NCBI GenBank assembly: GCA_043228905.1
Contig: JBHGNT010001286.1
Location: 1-10,298, forward strand
Origin: Azolla caroliniana
Taxonomy: Eukaryota > Plantae > Polypodiophyta
Direction: 5' to 3'
DNA: 10,298 bases
Part shown: positions 8,283 through 10,298 of the stretch, piece by piece
Position numbering within the stretch: the first letter of the stretch is position 1
Layout: the number at the start of each line of letters is the position of its first letter
Made by a program: the position numbers and the translations under genes
The notes under the pieces: generated by a model
Seen by the model: only the letters and a program-made list of their open reading frames with translations
Told to the model about the DNA's origin: nothing
The model's database searches: none

Positions 8283-8630
8283 TTAATCTTCTTCCAAAAT
8301 GGCCCGGATGTTTGGCTCTGCTACGGTGTCTACGTCCGGAGGCGACGTAGGGCCCGTAGGTGCATCGTGGTGTGGCTCCCCTGTTTGGTCGGAATGGTTG
8401 CTCCCGGTGTCGCAGTCATCCTGTGTGGGCGGTCCGGGTACGGTGGGCTCTTCTTGAGCTAGTGGGTTGGGCTCCGCCGTCGTCGTGCTTGCGGTCGGCC
8501 GCGGCTCTGTGTCAATCGTTACTTCCTCCGTGGTGTCGACCATCTTTGTACGTTCCGGGGAGTGGGGCTAATTTACATGCTGTTCGGCTAAATTTTGAAT
8601 CGGGGTTGGTTGAGTCGGCTTGGTCACTCC
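8283..8630 (-). pseudogene. P/T/E/D-rich ORF fragment, probably the C-terminal tail of a Gypsy extra ORF from a truncated tandem copy
   Basis: ORF 8283-8543 extends upstream through one TAG. Its composition resembles the low-complexity part of 982-1536. It stops 47 nt before the LTR. The junction with the Copia remnant is not resolved. Confidence 0.4.
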
Positions 8631-8631
8631 T

Positions 8632-9312
8632 CTAGTCCTTCGGCCCTTCGGCTCTTTTAGACCTGGTGCTCGATTCCGGCTCTTCTCTTGCTACCTTTGA
8701 TTCAACTTTCCAGCTCTCCTCAGCTTGTTGTTGTAGTCCCATCTGTCTCCTTAGTGTTCCAAAGTGGTGATCTGGGCGCAGTTTCGTCACGCAATCTACA
8801 ATGTTCTCCTTTGTATCAACCTTCCAGACTTTGATCTTTTTATCAGTGACAAGCTCATGTATATGGTGATACCTCACCTCAATATGTTTCCTCATGGCAT
8901 GATAAACTAGATTCTGAATGAGGTGGATTGCGCTATGTGAGTCACAATATAGAGTTAGAGTGGGATGGTCGAATCATCTCTTGGCCGAAAAATTGACTGA
9001 TAGTTGTTGCATCCAAATTGCTTCTTTTGCTACCTTCAACGCAACGATGTACTCCGCCTCTGTGATGGAGATTGCCATGTACATTCTTGGAGTTTTGACC
9101 TCCGTAGGTGAAGATGTAGCCTGATGTCGATTTCCAATTGTCGGGGTTGTTGCCATAGTCAGAATCAGTGAAACCTCAACTTTGGTCGGATAGTTAGATC
9201 TAAAAGTCAGTTGTAAGTTCTTGGTTCCGCAAAGATACTGGAATATGTGTTTAACAACTTCCCAGTGTTTCTTTCCGGGATTAGAATTGTAGCGCATGGT
9301 GACGCTTACAAC
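8632..9312 (-). pseudogene. Old Ty1/Copia pol remnant (RT C-terminus and RNase H)
   Basis: RYNSNPGKKHWEVVKHIFQYLCGT, TDSDY...KSTSGYIFT (alternate frame), AISITEAEY, LYCDSHSAIHL, KHIEVRYHHI and KVDTKENIVD. Contains frameshifts and a deletion. Confidence 0.9.
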
Positions 9313-9750
9313 CATAGATTGACACATGCGTGATATTCTTGATAATCTCCATGCATGATACTCGCAATATTCGAGAATACGAAATGGCCCTAAGAATATT
9401 ATAAAACCATTCGTTTCGCAAAATAAATATACAAATAAATAAATAAATAATTTTTTTAAAATAGATAGATTTAATTCACTACAAAAAAACAATCATTCAT
9501 TAATAGATTAAAAAAATATGATTCGTATTTACTGTCCTTTATCACTAGTGTCAAATTGTTGAGAGTCGAACTCAACTTCCCATAGTAATAGGTTTCACAC
9601 TAGCTTATGGTCATACCAATCTAGTTTTGTAAATAGTAGAAAGGGCACTTGCCCTAGTTTAGTTGGTATTTAAACCAACCCCTTGTAACTTAGTTACGGT
9701 TGGAAGTATTTTGGTTAATGTAATATACAATCTTTTATCTCTATCTTAAG

Positions 9751-9776
9751 CTCTCTCTCTCTCTCTCTCTCTCTCT
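9751..9776. repeat. (CT)13 microsatellite inside the Copia LTR
   Basis: Read directly from the sequence. Confidence 0.95.
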
Positions 9777-9793
9777 GTGTTTTGCCTTACGTG

Positions 9794-9796
<3 letters not shown>

Positions 9797-9826
<30 letters not shown>
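9797..9826. repeat. (AC)15 microsatellite inside the Copia LTR
   Basis: Read directly from the sequence. Confidence 0.95.
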
Positions 9827-9829
<3 letters not shown>

Positions 9830-9870
9830 TATCTTCCGCTGCATTACACCACCAGCTCCATTTATTTACA

Positions 9871-9882
9871 TGGTATCAGAGC
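9871..9882 (+). promoter_or_regulatory. Primer binding site, initiator tRNA-Met
   Basis: TGGTATCAGAGC is the canonical plant tRNA-iMet PBS. Confidence 0.95.
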
Positions 9883-9974
9883 ATGTGGTTGCTTAATTGA
9901 ATCTATTCAACTGTGTTGTGGTACACGCTGACGATCAACAGAACCGGCTCATCAACAGAGAAGAAATCGACATA

Positions 9975-10298
9975 ATGAACACTCAGATGGGAAGCGCTCT
10001 TCCTACAGAGAAGCTTGACAGAACGAACTTCGCATCTTGAGAATACAAGATGCATCAATACCTTGTCGGACAAGGTTATTGGAGCTACATTGAAGGAGCT
10101 CACGAAACTCAACCCAACCCAACACACGCCGACTATCCTGCTTGGGTGCAGGCCGCAAGCCGTGTGTTGTATTGCCTTGCATCATGCATTCATGATCATA
10201 TGCTTGGCTATATTCGAGATTCGAAAACACTGAAAGAAGCTTGGGGAAACCTCAAGAAGATTTTTGCGGCCAACACGGCTGCACGAAAGCTCCAACTT
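9975..10298 (+). pseudogene. gag: Copia gag N-terminus (DUF4219/UBN2-like), partial, with a premature stop
   Basis: MNTQMGSALPTEKLDRTNFAS*EYKMHQYLVGQGYWSYIEG...KTLKEAWGNLKKIFAANTAARKLQL. TGA at 10038-10040 replaces the conserved Trp. This frame is absent from the supplied ORF track. Confidence 0.9.

Larger units (their letters stand above)
9557..9870 (+). repeat. Copia 5' LTR
   Basis: The 3' end is fixed by CA immediately before the PBS. The 5' end is uncertain: TGTTGAGAG at 9557, or TGTAAATA at 9628, which forms an 8-bp inverted repeat with TATTTACA. A TATA-like TATTTAAA lies near 9667. Confidence 0.65.
9557..10298 (+). mobile_element. 5' end of a Ty1/Copia element (continues beyond the window)
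   Basis: LTR ending TTTACA, a Met-tRNA PBS and a Copia-type gag N-terminus. Confidence 0.9.

Noticed and set aside
8974-9492. 172-aa ORF as a real gene
   Set aside because: It is a chance fusion of AT-rich spacer sequence with frameshifted Copia RT/RNase H fragments.

Overview
This window is a nest of plant LTR retrotransposons. I found no cellular gene, RNA gene or CRISPR array. A non-seed-plant (fern-like) origin is my low-confidence impression from the Gag motifs. Most of the window (<1-8235, minus strand) is a decayed non-chromovirus Ty3/Gypsy element. It has a 438-bp LTR, a PBS, a single-frame gag-PR-RT-RH-INT pseudogene with three CCHC knuckles, and a long extra sense ORF after integrase that runs off the left edge. 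Two insertions from a second LTR family split that extra ORF. One is a 455-bp solo LTR (TSD CATGG). The other is an unusual 147-bp hairpin element made of two inverted copies of that LTR's left (U3) end, with a perfect 5-bp TSD (GCTAG). The Gypsy LTR has outward-pointing tRNA-PBS-like motifs on both sides. The right-hand one sits where a polypurine tract would be expected if 8236-8630 is the 3' tail of a tandem copy. The right end of the window holds an old minus-strand Copia RT/RNase H remnant and the 5' end (LTR, Met-PBS, gag) of a plus-strand Copia element. All assignments come from reading the sequence; no searches were run.
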